From positions 8,866,001 to 8,930,000 of the forward strand of contig OZ193910.1 in NCBI GenBank assembly GCA_964276515.1: a stretch of 64,000 nt of DNA. The letters are read 5' to 3'. The DNA is from Gordius albopunctatus (lineage: Eukaryota). The first letter of the stretch is position 1. The number at the start of each line of letters is the position of its first letter. The position numbers were made by a program, and so were the translations under genes. Under the pieces are notes generated by a model. It searched no databases and was not told where the DNA came from. It saw only the letters and a program-made list of their open reading frames with translations. Below, piece by piece: positions 26,675 through 39,545 of the stretch.

Positions 26675-29600
26675 TGTAGAGAGGTAAAGTGCCTCCAGGG
26701 ATACGATAGTTACCTGCGTGTTGATTTTATTTACACGCGCGTTGGTGATCAAATTATCGTTAATTGGTTGTAACATATAAAGGCGTTGGATATATACGCT
26801 AGCACACTTTTTCGTCGTGTTTTTGTATCACACTCCTAATAGTTTACGTGAATAAATATCAGCCCTTAACATTGGCGTCGTGGCGAAACCTACGCGGAGA
26901 TGGAGAAATATAAAACAACGGCCAACATCGACGCTTTCTTAACTCAATTTGAGTTATTCCTTAGGAACAATAAGACGGAGACAGATGAGCAAAAAGCCGC
27001 GCTATTATTAACCAGCCTCGAGGGGGATGCATTCCAATTAATACTAGAGGATTATAGACCGCAAGAGTTGACAGGAATTACATACGAAGAAGCGAAAAAT
27101 CGGTTAAGGAAATTATTCCAGAGAAATTCATGTACGAGGGCAAAGAGGTACGAATTCTCAAAGCTCCGACAAGGCCAGGGAGAGACGATAGACGCGTACG
27201 CTAATAGACTCAAGGCCGGGGCTAATAGCTGCAACTTCGGAAATGAAGAAGTGCAGAGCAGAATCGTCGACCAATTCATTATAGGATTGCGCAATAGAAG
27301 CTTACAGGCGAGACTGTTGGCAGAAGATGACATCAAATGGGACCGCCTACGAGAGCTGGCATTAACGGCCAAGACGATAAATTGGGGCTAAGCACCTTGC
27401 AGGACGGGGTCGAAGAGGCGTGGGGTGTAGTGGCGAGACGAGAAGCGTGGCCTGGGCCGGTCCGGATTCCCAGGTTAAACCATGCTTTAGATGTGTTAAC
27501 AGTTGATATATATATTAATAACGAATGGTTCCAATTTATCGTCGATACCGGCGCTACGGTTTCGATATTACCGGCACGAAGATGGGCGAAGGAGATCCCA
27601 CGCAACAAAGAGGCCGTCCCGACGGTGTACGGCCACGGGGAAATAAAGATCGTAGCCAAGGTACAAGCCGATGTCCGATTGGGTAACACGAGGAAACAGC
27701 TGTCATTATTGCTAGCAGACGTAGCGGGGCCGCCGCTATGCGGGATCGATTGGATACAAGAATTCGAACACGAAATATGGCGGCAAATACGTTGGAACTC
27801 GAGAACAACGGCGGAACGGTTCGCGGTCAATTACTTTGAAAGACTGAAGGATACTAAGTTAGCGATACAGCACGTGATGAAGCGATGGGAGGGTCAGCGA
27901 AACGAATTCCCGCAAGCAGTCAAAAAATAACGGTGGAAGTACCGGTAAAAGAGGGCATAGATCCCGTATTTATCCCCGCGCGAAGAGTGCCGATGGCGTG
28001 GAAGAAAGAAATAGAAGAAGAACTGAATAAATGGGTCAGAGACGGGGTTATAGAACCAATCGATTTCTCAAGATGGGCCAGCCCAGTGGTACCCGTGAAA
28101 AAAAGCGATGGGACTCTGCGATTATGTATAGACTACCGGTTTACGATAAATAAATACGCACAAGGGTTGCTGTACCCCTTACCCAAAATCAACGATTTGT
28201 TAAATAAACTCGATAACGCGTGTTATTTTACGAAGCTGGACCTCACGAAAGCGTACTTACAGCTTGAATTAGGACCAGAGACGAGCCAACGGTTGACGAT
28301 ATCGACTCACAAGGGCTTATTCAAAGTTAACCGGATGCCGTTTGGTTTAAATTGTGCCGCGGCTATTTTCCAAAAAACAATGGACCAAATATTAGGAGGC
28401 ATGGAGGGGGTAGCGGTATACATCGACGACATACTAATTGCAGGGGAAACGGAAGAAATTCACAACGAGCGGTTACTCAAAGTACTAGAAACGTTACAAA
28501 AGGGGGGGGGGGTTCGTGCCAAACATTGACAAGAGCAACTTGTGGGCGAAGGAAGTAACCTTTTTGGGATACGTTATAAGTAACAAGGGGATTCAAATCA
28601 ACGACAATAAAGACGAGATAGTCAAGCAGTGGAAAAATTTAACAAACAAAAAAGAAAAAAAATCCTTCCTTGGGTTAACAGCATACTTTGCAAAGTTCAT
28701 TAAGGACTACGCCAAAATCATACACCCGATTCAGAAACTAATGAAATAAAATGTGGTGTACCACTGGGGTGGAGAACAACAAGGCGCGTTTGAAGCTATC
28801 AAATCCGCCCTTACGAAAGCCCCCGTACTGGCGTACTTTAATGGAGATTGGGAGACGGGGCTGGTCGTAGACGCCCCTAGTACAGGTTTAGGGGCCATCT
28901 TACAGCAACGAGCACCAGGAGAGAATTGGAGGGTGGTGGCCTATGCGTCAAGAGCGTTAAACGATAGCGAAAGCCGGTATGCGACGATCGAACGAGAGGC
29001 TCTGGCGGTGGTGTATGGACTAAAAAAAGTTCAATGAATTTATACAGGGACGAAGCGTAATTATTATGACGGATCATAGACCGCTAATATATATATTTGA
29101 TCAGAGCAAAAAGGGCAAGGAACAATGGTCACCTCGGCTAACTAGGTGGGCGCTCATGGTATCAGACTACACGACCAAGTTCGAGTACAACAAGGGAGCC
29201 GAAAACGCGGCAGATTTCTTGTCCAGAAAACCGAACGAACACGCGTATCAGGTTACCGAGGAAATTCAAGAAGACTTGACGAATCCGTTTATTTCATTGG
29301 ACGTAGTAAGACAACGCACCTTGGAGGATCCGGGGCTACGTCAAGTAAAAGAGTGGATGAAAGATAAACAAAACACAATGGTCACGGGTGGGCTAAAACG
29401 CACCTACGAAAAACACCTGCCAAAGTTGCATGAGGCCAAGAGCATAATATATTACAAAGGGCGACGAATATTAATTCCGGCTAAGTTACGAGGAGCGGTA
29501 CTACAAAGACTACATAGAGGCCACGTGGGTATCAAGCGAATGCAAGAAGTGGCGCGGCAGTATATATGGTGGCCTACTCTCGACGAGGACTTATTGAGCG

Positions 29601-30158
29601 TAGCGAAAGGATGCCGGAATTGCAATTACACGGCCACGGCGGCGAAGAAGGCACCGTTGATAGAGTGTCAACCTAGCCAAAAACCATGGGTCCAAGTACA
29701 TATCAATATCATGGGGCCTCTCAAGGGTAAATCATACCTCGTGATGGTGGACAATAGTTCGAAATGGGTAGAGGTGTTTAAGTTAGAAGACACCACATCG
29801 ACAACCATTATAAAAAAACTTGCCGAGATGTTTGCGAGATTTGGAAATCCACCATGGCTAATATCGGATAATGGCCCACAATTCAAAGGACAGGATTTAC
29901 AAAACTTTTGCAAGATGAGAGGGATTAATCAGCGATGGACAGCTCCTTACCATCCTGCGTCGAACGGTTTGGCAGAAAGATACGTACGATTAATGAAAGA
30001 AGCCATCATGAGGAACGAGTCGGAAGTAGGGATAAATAGATTTCTGGAAAACTATAGATCGACAAAACACTCCGCAACCAATAAAAGGCCGGCAGAGATG
30101 ATGTTAAAAAGGCGTATACGAACCGAATGGGAGGTATTAAGGGAAACCGTACCAGAAC
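26675..30158 (+). mobile_element. Ty3/Gypsy LTR retrotransposon, 5' part (LTR, PBS, gag, PR, RT, RNase H, IN)
   Basis: LTR TGTAG..TAACA 26675-26871; putative PBS tggcgtcgtggc; gag 26900-27391; protease VDTGA; RT WASPVVPVKK..LRLCIDYR..YIDD; RNase H IEREAL..TDHRPL; integrase H-HVG..C..C, SDNGPQF, YHPASNGLAER. Several frameshifts; cut at 30158 by a hAT MITE. Confidence 0.95.
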
Positions 30159-31488
30159 TAGAGACCTGCACGGGCGGCCCGAGGCCCGGCCCGGAAAAGC
30201 CCGGGCCGGGCTCGGGCCTCAAATTTTGAGGATTTAACATTTCGAGCCGGGCCGGGCCTAATTCATAAATAATAGGCCCGGCCCGGAATAATTTAGAAGT
30301 AAATAATTTATAAGTAGTAGTCTAAGTAGTCTTTTGTTCTGCCTAAAACAATAATTACAAAAAATTAATTAATTACAAGTTATTGATTATTTCATTTTAC
30401 GCCTTTTCTAATATACAAACGATTGAGTATGGAATAAAAAAAATATACTCCTAATAGCTTAAAATATTCGGAAAGAATTTTATAAAGTAAAGGAAATCCA
30501 CACCTACATAAAGTTAAGGATCAACGAGAAAAATAGAAATATTGGAATGGTGGAAAGTACACCTTTAGGAGATATTCGATTCTAGATTCGATTCGAATCC
30601 GAATTAGAATTCCTAGGTCTGAATTTCGACTCGAATATTTTTACCTGGTGAGATTCGAAAATCGAATCGAATTTTTAAAAAGGGATTTGAAAAATTATTT
30701 ATACTTGATAGTTATTTTAAATATACAAGACGAAAATAATTAAGCTGTTTTCATCTTTCCGCAAATAAGGTTATTTTCCTCGATCACTAAATTTAAATTT
30801 TATAAGCATACATAAAATATAAAAATAGCACTTTACATAGAATATGGGTTCAACTTCAAAAAAAATCCAATATTTTTGCTAACATTTTAGGTCAACTATT
30901 ATTTAATGTTTATATTATTTTTGTACTTATGCATTAAACTTTAACATAAATCATTAAACTATGAATAATATATTTTGATATACATTGACCTTATGCGCCA
31001 AGATTTTATTTATTTATATAAACATTCTAGATTTATAATAAAACAATATAATAACCCGTTGTACGGATACCGAAACTAAATAATAGATAAACTCTAATTA
31101 ATGCCATCTATGCGAAATTTTTAATAAGAGACTATATTAATTTAAATAATTTTGATACTGAAGAATAAAAATAAGTTAATGGTTAGGGACCATTGAGAGG
31201 TGTTTTTCGTTAGCGGGCCGGATTTATTAAGACCGAAGAACAAATTTAAACACGGAAATTTTTAATGCCTGTGTTTTTTGCATCCAAAATAGTTACATTA
31301 TCGATTTATAATTATATTACCTGCGTTTTATTTTTTAATTAAAAATTTTATAAAAATTGAGTTTGATTAAATTCCTGCAATTCTAAAAATTCCGGGCCAT
31401 GCCCGGACCAGGTCCGGGCCTTGTTTTTAAATATGCTAAAATTCGGGCCCGGGCCGGGCCTTAAAAAAATTGATTTTTCAGGTCTCTA
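30159..31488. mobile_element. Composite non-autonomous hAT element (TAGAGACCTG TIR), copy 1
   Basis: TIR tagagacctg / caggtctcta, GGCCCG subterminal repeats. Near-identical inverted copy at 39546-40840. Flanks accagaac / atcatcac do not form a TSD. Confidence 0.9.
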
Positions 31489-31570
31489 ATCATCACATAT
31501 GCCCTAAAATTCCAACATAATTTAATACACCCGGGTAAATGGCAAAACAACGTTTGCCGGGTTCATCTAG
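31489..31570 (+). mobile_element. Helitron 3' end fragment
   Basis: Hairpin ggcaaaacaacgtttgcc then CTAG followed by T; similar to 33518-33598. Confidence 0.75.
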
Positions 31571-32178
31571 TAAGTTATAAATATTGAATTAAGGATGGAT
31601 AAGGAATAAAAAGAATAGAATATTATAATTATGATAATAATGGTAATGTGATAGGATAGGGCGAAAATAACAATATAATTCATTTATTAAAAAGATAACA
31701 AAGAAATAATTATAAAAATAAAAAAAGCCCTTCGGGTACCCTAACCCCGACTCCTATGACCCGCCTCCAGACCCCCGCTTAGCCAAGCGCAGCGCCTGTC
31801 TTACATATCTCTGGTTAAAATTATCCTACACTAGGATTATGACTCTTTTATACTACTTATAAACAAAGCATATTTGCTATGCAATTTATGATATAATCGA
31901 GAGGAGGATCGTCGAGATTTTAATATTGAAAAAGCCGAAGAGGGTGGACGTGAGGTAAATGCATGCCTGACATTGCTCAATCTATCTCAAAAAGCAATGT
32001 TTTACCTAGTTTAAACCTGATTATATGCTAACTAAAAAAGGGCTACTCTAGGTATCCATTGTTCAATATGCAGTAAACGGTTAAATAGCCTACCGCGAAG
32101 TTCAAAATGTCATTTATGTGACAGCGACAGACAATAGCTCCTTTATCGCCGTTTCGATACCGAATCTCAAGATTGCCA

Positions 32179-33770
32179 TTTTTTTATATTAAAAAGTTTA
32201 TTTGTTAAAAATCCGTTGACAGTAATCTATATATATAAAGTAAAGTCTATGTATATATATATGTGTGTATATATGTAATAGCTAAATTCTGAAACTACCT
32301 GCCCGATTCGCGCAAAAACTTAACCATAGATGCCCAGGGCGGCCAGGGGTAAAATAATTTTTCAGAACCCTAAAATTCCTTTTAGTTTTAAAAATATGGG
32401 CCTTTTAGTTTTAAAAAATGGCTTAATTCTAAAACTACCGGCCCGATTCGCGCGGAAATTTAGCCGTAGATGCCCAGGGATGCCAGGGATAAAATAGCTT
32501 TTTCAGAATCATAAAATACCTTTCCGTTTTAAAAATATCACACATTTTCCGGACAGTTTAATTTATAGCAGCATATACAATAATGACGTCATACATACAA
32601 AGCTGAAGTTTTCTCGCATTAGATATTTAAAAGTATAATAAAAATGTTACAATATACGGTCAAAATTATTGGGGTTTAACAAACTATTAAAATTAAAAAT
32701 ATAATATAAATTATTATCACGTGGTCGATCATAGAAGCATATTTTTAATAATTATCCATCCTTCAATTAATTATTTTATTATATTAAAGAAAATTGTATT
32801 TCAAATAAATCAGCTAACTAGAAAAATAAAATAATGGTATTATGTATAATAAGCAGGTTTTGAATAGGGGGGGGGGCAGATTAAAAAAAAAAATTTTCTC
32901 GACTATCCAAAAATTTTCATGAGAGCAAAAATAAGGTCTTCGACTACTAAATTCCTAAATTTTTCCTGAGACCCGCAGAGGGTATCTGCCCTCCCATGAT
33001 TAATTAGGGGGGGGGGACAAAACATAATTTTTAAGGGTTTTTGTATTGAAAAATTATTCTTTTTTAAATTAGGGGGGGGGGGGGGGTACGCCCATGAATC
33101 AAAGTCCTTTTTTGCTTATTTTTCACGTCATTTATTATTATTATTATAGGACGGTCGTGTCCCCTCCTGCGTGGCTAAATAAATTAAAAAATCTAATTTT
33201 GTCATTTTTTGCGCGTTAAATAAGGAGAAAAATGAAAATACAATTAACAAAGTGCCAATAAATGTTGATATATCTCAGTTTTTCGGACATTATTAAGTTC
33301 AGAATTAAAAGTTTTATTCAGAAACAAATAATTATGATATTGTTTCTTAATTACAAAAAAATATAAAAGATTGCTTGAAGGGCCAAAGATTTTTCCCTTT
33401 GAGGGGGGGGGGGCATGGGGGCAGGTTTTATCTCTTGGGTGGGCCTGGGCCTTGGACCCTCTTTAACTATTTGATTGAAAATTATCAAACTTTATTTTTA
33501 CTTCAATAACCGCTTTATCATTATATATGCCCTAAAATTCCAACATAATTAATAAGACCCTGGTAAATGGCAAAACAACGTTTGCCGGGTTGATCTAGTA
33601 TAATATAAATACATAAAATATGAAAGATAAAAAGCGTCAAATAAAATAATACACTATTCTGATATATCATCATCGGGGGGATCTTCCAAAATTGGCCAAG
33701 AATCCGCGAACGATTTAAAATTGTAATTGGCTATAAGAATACCAATTCTTTGTTTAAGTAAAAAGGATAC
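32179..33770 (-). mobile_element. CRE-like subfamily A copy 2, 3' end (inverted relative to its body; split by the Helitron at 32226-33598)
   Basis: 33599-33770 encodes [36 protein letters not shown] on the minus strand; 32179-32225 holds the rest of the 3'UTR and poly(A), matching 7766-7973. Confidence 0.9.
32226..33598 (+). mobile_element. Non-autonomous Helitron
   Basis: 5' TC (tctatatatataaagtaaagt), 3' hairpin ggcaaaacaacgtttgcc plus CTAG, inserted between A and T with no TSD. Empty site gacagtaa|tataatat is visible in the CRE-like copy near 7806-7821. Internal imperfect tandem repeat about 32281-32540. Confidence 0.92.
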
Positions 33771-34410
33771 TGTTAAGGGCTGATATTTATTCACGTAAAC
33801 TATTAGGAGTGTGATACAAAAACACGACGAAAAGTGTGCTGGCGTATATATCCAACGCCCTTATATGTTACAACCAATTAACGATAATTTGATCGCCAAC
33901 GCGCGTGTAAATAACATCAACACGCAGGTAACTATCGTATCCCTGGAGGCACTTTACCTCTCTACAGTTCCCCCCTTTTTACAGACATAATCCTTAAGGA
34001 ATGCTGGCGGTTTCCGGCTACGTTGTGGATATCTCGGTTCTTCCCTAGGCGTTCCTGTCTGGTTTTGGCTTTGTTCCCTTGTCGGACTTGTTACCCTGTT
34101 TTACATTTGTTCCCTCTTCCCTTTCTGATGATATTCTTTGTGGCCACCCGTTCTCTTGCCCCAGCGTGCTCCAGTCCAGGATTCTCCGTTTCCTTACTTG
34201 ATCCAGGTGTCGGTGGTGCATTCTTCCCTGTGCCCATACATCGTAGGAACGACTCCCGTGTTTGGCCTTTATCGTGCCTTCCACCCATTTGCTTGGACCT
34301 AGGAACATGCGTACCCACACCAAGTCCCGGTCTCTACTCATTGTTGTGTTGGAAGGATGCGACCCAACGGCTCTACCCTGATCCTTTGGCAAAATGGTCT
34401 ACCCCTTAAA
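33771..34410 (-). mobile_element. Ty3/Gypsy 3' part (integrase C-terminus, PPT, 3' LTR), inverted
   Basis: DLVWVR..WVEGTI..GSRSYDV..RHLDQVR; purine tract at 33967-33980; LTR 33771-33966 is the reverse complement of 26675-26871 with 4 substitutions and 1 indel by my count; followed on the minus strand by gtatc, which also precedes the 5' LTR. Confidence 0.93.
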
Positions 34411-34778
34411 TAGGATTTAACTTTTATGGAACATTTTACAATGCCCAGACCCTCGCCAAAGCCCTTAAAACGGCCAAATATTTTAGCCCCTATCGTTGCC
34501 TCGCGGCCCTAATTTTTAAAGAAATAAGTCGGCGCTGCCCGGTCTCTAAATATCCCACCAATTTATTAATTATACAAAAAATAGGTATTTTAATCGCAAG
34601 GTATAATTTTAATTCCTGGGCCTTTTTTCGGACGATCCTTGCGACGCTTTTGAATTATGATTTATTTATTTTCAGTTCTTACCCGCTTTTATATTTTATA
34701 TATTTCCCATTTTTATACTTTGCCTTTATTGTTTCTACATTGAATAAACAAAATTAAAAAAATATTTTATATTCATAA

Positions 34779-35100
34779 TCTTATATATAAAAATGAAACT
34801 ATGTGTGTGTGTGTGTATATATATGCTGCCACCAATTTTGGAAAACTACCAGACCGATTTGGCTCAAAGTTTCAGTTTATTCCTGACACTCCGGAGCATG
34901 TTTTAAGATTTGTTCGAGCTAAATCGGTTAAGTAGTTTTCGAGTATTCGTACGCATTGCACTGTATACGGAAACAGAACAATAGAAGTAAATAGAACATA
35001 TAGACATCAAACTTTATTTTTACTTCAATAACCGCTTTATCATCATAAATGCCCTAAAATTCCAACACGATTTAATACACCCGGGTAAATGGCGAAATAG
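34779..35100 (+). mobile_element. Truncated non-autonomous Helitron
   Basis: 5' A|TC tcttatatataaaaatgaaact as at 49786; 3' region matches 33487-33570 but stops before the full hairpin and CTAG. Confidence 0.7.
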
Positions 35101-35582
35101 TCATATAATTAAGTTAAAAAAATTTGGCATTATGTTTAGGCATATGACAAAGTTAAATTAAAATAATAAATAGGATTTATAAAATTTAGGAAACTATTCT
35201 AACGATCCACAACAAAAATAGATTTATAGGTTCAATAATAAGCTAAAAGTTGGAGCTAATGGTTTTAAAACAAATCAAGCTTTATTGGCTTGTTTAATAC
35301 ACGATTCAACTTCAAAGAGCCATATTTTTTTGTCCAAATTTGCAATTTACATGTCAGGGATTCAACGATTTTAATTAAAGGATAAATATGTTTTATGAGC
35401 AGAAAAACATGAGGAGATCAAAAATGACGTGACGCTCGTATTAAGACGCAGCTATGTTTTAACATGCATCCGCTCTTTTAATCTGCCTAAATTTAAATAG
35501 TAAAGCCACGTAGCTACGCCTCTGAGTTCTTTATAGATGTATTTATAATATACCTCATGTTATTTTAAATTTATTTATTGAT

Positions 35583-37757
35583 TTACAAATAAAAATCAAG
35601 AGAATTTAAGGCGTATGATTTTATAAAGAGGGGTAACATATTAGGTTGTAACACTTTCAACGCTTTCTGATATATATGACTATGCGAAGATAACATCTTT
35701 TGGGCATCATCCGCGTAATGGCAAGATTTAAATTTGATGTAATCTATCCATAACTGTGGCAGCTCCGAGCCATACATTTCTAACGCGTCTTGATACATTA
35801 ACTCAATTTGGTCCAAGTCACTAGATGCACATGATAATTTAACTAATGCTTTTTTGTTCTTTTTTCGGCTAGAAAAATAGGACTTAACTCCGCCTGCATC
35901 ATTTGCTAACGCGGCAGATTTGTATAAGCTAATAGCTTTTTCGAAAAATTCAAATGAAACTGGTCTTTGTTTCAATTTTTGGTAGAGTGTCATTCCCGCA
36001 GATTTCCCTTGTAAGTCAAACACAAATTTTAAATAATGAACTTTGATTTGCTCGATAAGAGGTTGTAATGAGATGGTATTCAGAATAATTTCGGCCAAGT
36101 CAATCATTTTATGGACATCGTCTGGATTTATTATCGCTGATTTTTTTTCAAACCAATTCGATACCGTAATGCAAATTCTTTTAGAGTCGGTTTGGCATTT
36201 ATTTAATTGAAAATCCCGAAGAACTTTGAGAACTTGGTCACAATTATCTTTTATCGTAGCGGTTTGGATTAATAATTCCCAAAATAACAATACTTGGGGG
36301 TGTCTAATAACTGCTTCGTTTAAAAGATATTCATAGGCGTTTCCCAACGAATCACATAAATTTAAGTTGGTTAAATCAAGCAAAAAATGATTAACAAGCT
36401 GTAAAAACTTCTCCCAAACTATTGAATCACATTTCAAGTTAGAATCCAAAATACTAGAGCATTCTAGTAAAAGCTCATGAAAATTATTGTCACAATCTAG
36501 TGTTTTTAATGTAATTGATTGCCGATTCAAAAAATCTACAATGCACATAATCATACTTTGTGTAGGAGTTTTATGTATAGCATCAAGCATTAACTTTAAG
36601 CATGAGTCTAGACACTCATTAGGTTGACTTGATCTTGGCAATATTTTTTTCCAGGCCATCCAAAATTGTACAGTCCACAAAACTTCATTGTTAATTGCAG
36701 ATACCTTTAAATGGTCAAGCATCTGATCTATAAGAGAATGATTTGGGCCATCCAAAAAGGTGGGGTTGTCAGCAATTTCAAAAAATTTTATGATAAAATT
36801 AGACAGACTAGCAATTTCACAGTTATTTAGATTATTATTTACTTGCCATTTTTTAAAAAAGGCTTTGAGAGCATATTTAAACACTATCATTGCCATTTGC
36901 CCTGTCATAATCGGATCATTACCTTTAACGTCCTTTAAGTTAGTAACTTTCAATGTGTTACAATCAAGGTGTTCAGTTGTTGGTTCATCAGTAATGTGAA
37001 TCTTTAATTTATTTTGTACTTCATTACCAGGATGAAATTTTATAATGCTTGATCTTTGAATAATTCTAGCTCTGTATTCAAGTTCTATTTTAAAGTATAC
37101 TAGCCATAATATATCAGCACTCTTCTCATTTTCATTTGCACTGTATAACTCAAAATTTGTACCATGGTATCTAAGTCCCCGTTTTAATAGGGCTCGGACG
37201 CGTTCAATAGGTTCAATCTCTGCATCAACTTCTGACCATTCCCAATAGGCTGCCTCAATCCAGACAGGAATAGTGTTATGATTAGCTCCATGGCATGCTA
37301 AGTAATCTGTATATAGTGCACTAACACCTGCCTTTGCTGCAGTTATATCACTAGATTGATGGAGAGGTAATTTTGCAGACAATAATTGTTTTATACTTTT
37401 TTTCAAAAATGATATGTAATCATTCCACACCACAAGTTCATTAGAAAAAACTTTAAGTGCATCACGAAAAATTCGTTCAATGTTACAGTTTATAGCATGT
37501 TCAATAGAATTGAATTCTAAATGATGAGTTTTAAATTTAAGGTATCTTAGCCTTGCCAAATCAAGTAGTGACATTTCATAATTAATATATGATAAATAAT
37601 CTTTATACAATTTTTTCCTTCGTCGTAGTCTGTATTCATGTTCACGTTTTTGGGTAATTATTGCCTTTATTTCAGATTCATCAAAAAGTTTAGCATGCTT
37701 TAAAGCCTCAAGACTTGAAATGCTTTCCTCTAGTTTGAGTTGCACAAATTCAGCCAT
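35583..37757 (-). CDS. UTP6: U3 snoRNA-associated protein 6 homolog (HAT-repeat SSU processome factor), single 724-aa ORF
   Basis: N-terminus MAEFVQLKLEES..LFDESEIKAII..HEYRLRRR..DYLSYINYE..L typical of Utp6; HAT motifs VWNDYISF, VWIEAAYWEW, RALLKRGLRYH, LWLVYFKIEL, LWIDYIKF; AATAAA shortly after the stop. Confidence 0.92.
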   Translation of the reverse strand: MAEFVQLKLEESISSLEALKHAKLFDESEIKAIITQKREHEYRLRRRKKLYKDYLSYINYEMSLLDLARLRYLKFKTHHLEFNSIEHAINCNIERIFRDALKVFSNELVVWNDYISFLKKSIKQLLSAKLPLHQSSDITAAKAGVSALYTDYLACHGANHNTIPVWIEAAYWEWSEVDAEIEPIERVRALLKRGLRYHGTNFELYSANENEKSADILWLVYFKIELEYRARIIQRSSIIKFHPGNEVQNKLKIHITDEPTTEHLDCNTLKVTNLKDVKGNDPIMTGQMAMIVFKYALKAFFKKWQVNNNLNNCEIASLSNFIIKFFEIADNPTFLDGPNHSLIDQMLDHLKVSAINNEVLWTVQFWMAWKKILPRSSQPNECLDSCLKLMLDAIHKTPTQSMIMCIVDFLNRQSITLKTLDCDNNFHELLLECSSILDSNLKCDSIVWEKFLQLVNHFLLDLTNLNLCDSLGNAYEYLLNEAVIRHPQVLLFWELLIQTATIKDNCDQVLKVLRDFQLNKCQTDSKRICITVSNWFEKKSAIINPDDVHKMIDLAEIILNTISLQPLIEQIKVHYLKFVFDLQGKSAGMTLYQKLKQRPVSFEFFEKAISLYKSAALANDAGGVKSYFSSRKKNKKALVKLSCASSDLDQIELMYQDALEMYGSELPQLWIDYIKFKSCHYADDAQKMLSSHSHIYQKALKVLQPNMLPLFIKSYALNSLDFYL

Positions 37758-39545
37758 AAAAGTAAGTTTGCTTGGTCAAATAATTATTTTGTTTCTTTAA
37801 TCTATTATTAAAACAAAAAATCTAAAAATTTGCATTAAAATTATTTGATATTAAAAAATGAACGTAGAAACTAACCGATTCGAGTAATTTAACTTAACAA
37901 ACACCCTAAGATTTTTAAATAAATTAACTATACACACCTGTTTGAGAAAGCATAATTTCAATTGCAAAAATTCTCTGATACAGTCATTGTATTTAATATC
38001 AGATTTAGTCATAATGCATTTAGAATAATTTAAAGCCTTAAAATATATAAAATTTAATAATGTTATACCTCTACTTTACAAATGTAAACAGCTTTCGAGT
38101 ATAATGAAAATTTTTGTTTTGCTCGATTTAAAGAACTAGTCATAATGGTACCAATCCAACATAGTTTATATAGTTCAAAATAAGTTTAAGATATTGCACC
38201 AAGCAGGCGCGTAGCCAAGGGGGCAGAAAGTGGGACGTTTCTGGCCCCTTGACCAAAATTTGAAAATTTTTTTGTTTAATAATTAGATTAAATGGGTTAA
38301 AATATTATATTTTAGTTGCATAAAATTGCTTTGGTTTCCGCCATTTTTTAATTTAATCTAAATGATAATATTTTCTGCCAGTTGAATAAATGCATAAGGT
38401 CGATGTCCTTGTGCCTACTGCACTTTTGTAATAATTTTTGTCCATAAAGAAGGAACAAGAAAGGCTAAGTAAAGAGATGGTAAAAACGATAAGGATTAAG
38501 AAATTGCACCAATTATATATTCTTACCAATAAACCATGATCTTCCCTGGATAAATGGTTTAATCTTTTTAAAACAGATTATCAAAATTTGAGGAAAATAC
38601 AATTTTATGTTTCATAATATAAAATTTTACTGTGCTCATTTATGAACTCCTTAATCTCACCTTAAAGGGTTAAATTTATATTGCATAACAACCTTTTACC
38701 TTTGCTGTATAGCTGTATACCACTTAAATCTGAAAATAAACAAACTTATGTTATTATATAAAGGCATAATACCAATATAACACATACCCTGTAAATCTCA
38801 ATCTTGCACATTTGAAATTCCTATTAATCTTTATTTGTCATCTTACACCCATGGTAGCACTTAAATCTCTATGCCCTACATGTAAGAGAAACATTTGTTT
38901 AAACAAAAAAAATTGTTTTGTCCCCCATGGCCCATTATCAGCTAAATGCTCTTCATCTGGTAAGCTGGCTCCCCCAAACATAATATGTCCTCCTACAGCA
39001 CTAGAAATTGAACATAATAATAATGTTGACATTATACGTAACTCTAATACATTCCCAGCTACCCCTAATAATATTTATTACAGTGTTAGCCTCTGGATTC
39101 AACGTGGAGTAAAGTCCTTTTGGCACATGGCTTCACCCCCACAATTTAAAGAATTCCAAGAGGAGCACGTCCTTGTTTGCAACAATTTCTAATAAACTTG
39201 CTAAATACTATCATAAGTGATCCACACAACATTGTTGCATGGGAAAAATTAATCAAATTATCTTATCACATTTTGGCCCCACCCAAATCTAAGGAAACAA
39301 ACCTATCACAAAAAATTAAAAATGAAATTTTGACATTAATAATACACTTGCAGATAATACATCTGATGAAGGAAAATTAATATCTTCAACTCCAAAACAA
39401 ACAGCAACTAGAATATCCAGGAAAATGCACTCATTTAATATAAAAGGAGCCATGAGACATTTAGAGGAAAACAATCCAATTGTAACCCCTAGTCAGGAAT
39501 CATATCAACAACTCCTAGCAAAACACCCCAAACATTACTCACAAA

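Noticed and set aside
26675..33966. Inverted ~197-bp terminal repeats suggesting a DIRS-like or novel inverted-LTR retroelement
   Set aside because: The element has a protease and DDE integrase, no tyrosine recombinase, and host sequence beyond the 3' LTR is inverted too, so this is a later inversion.
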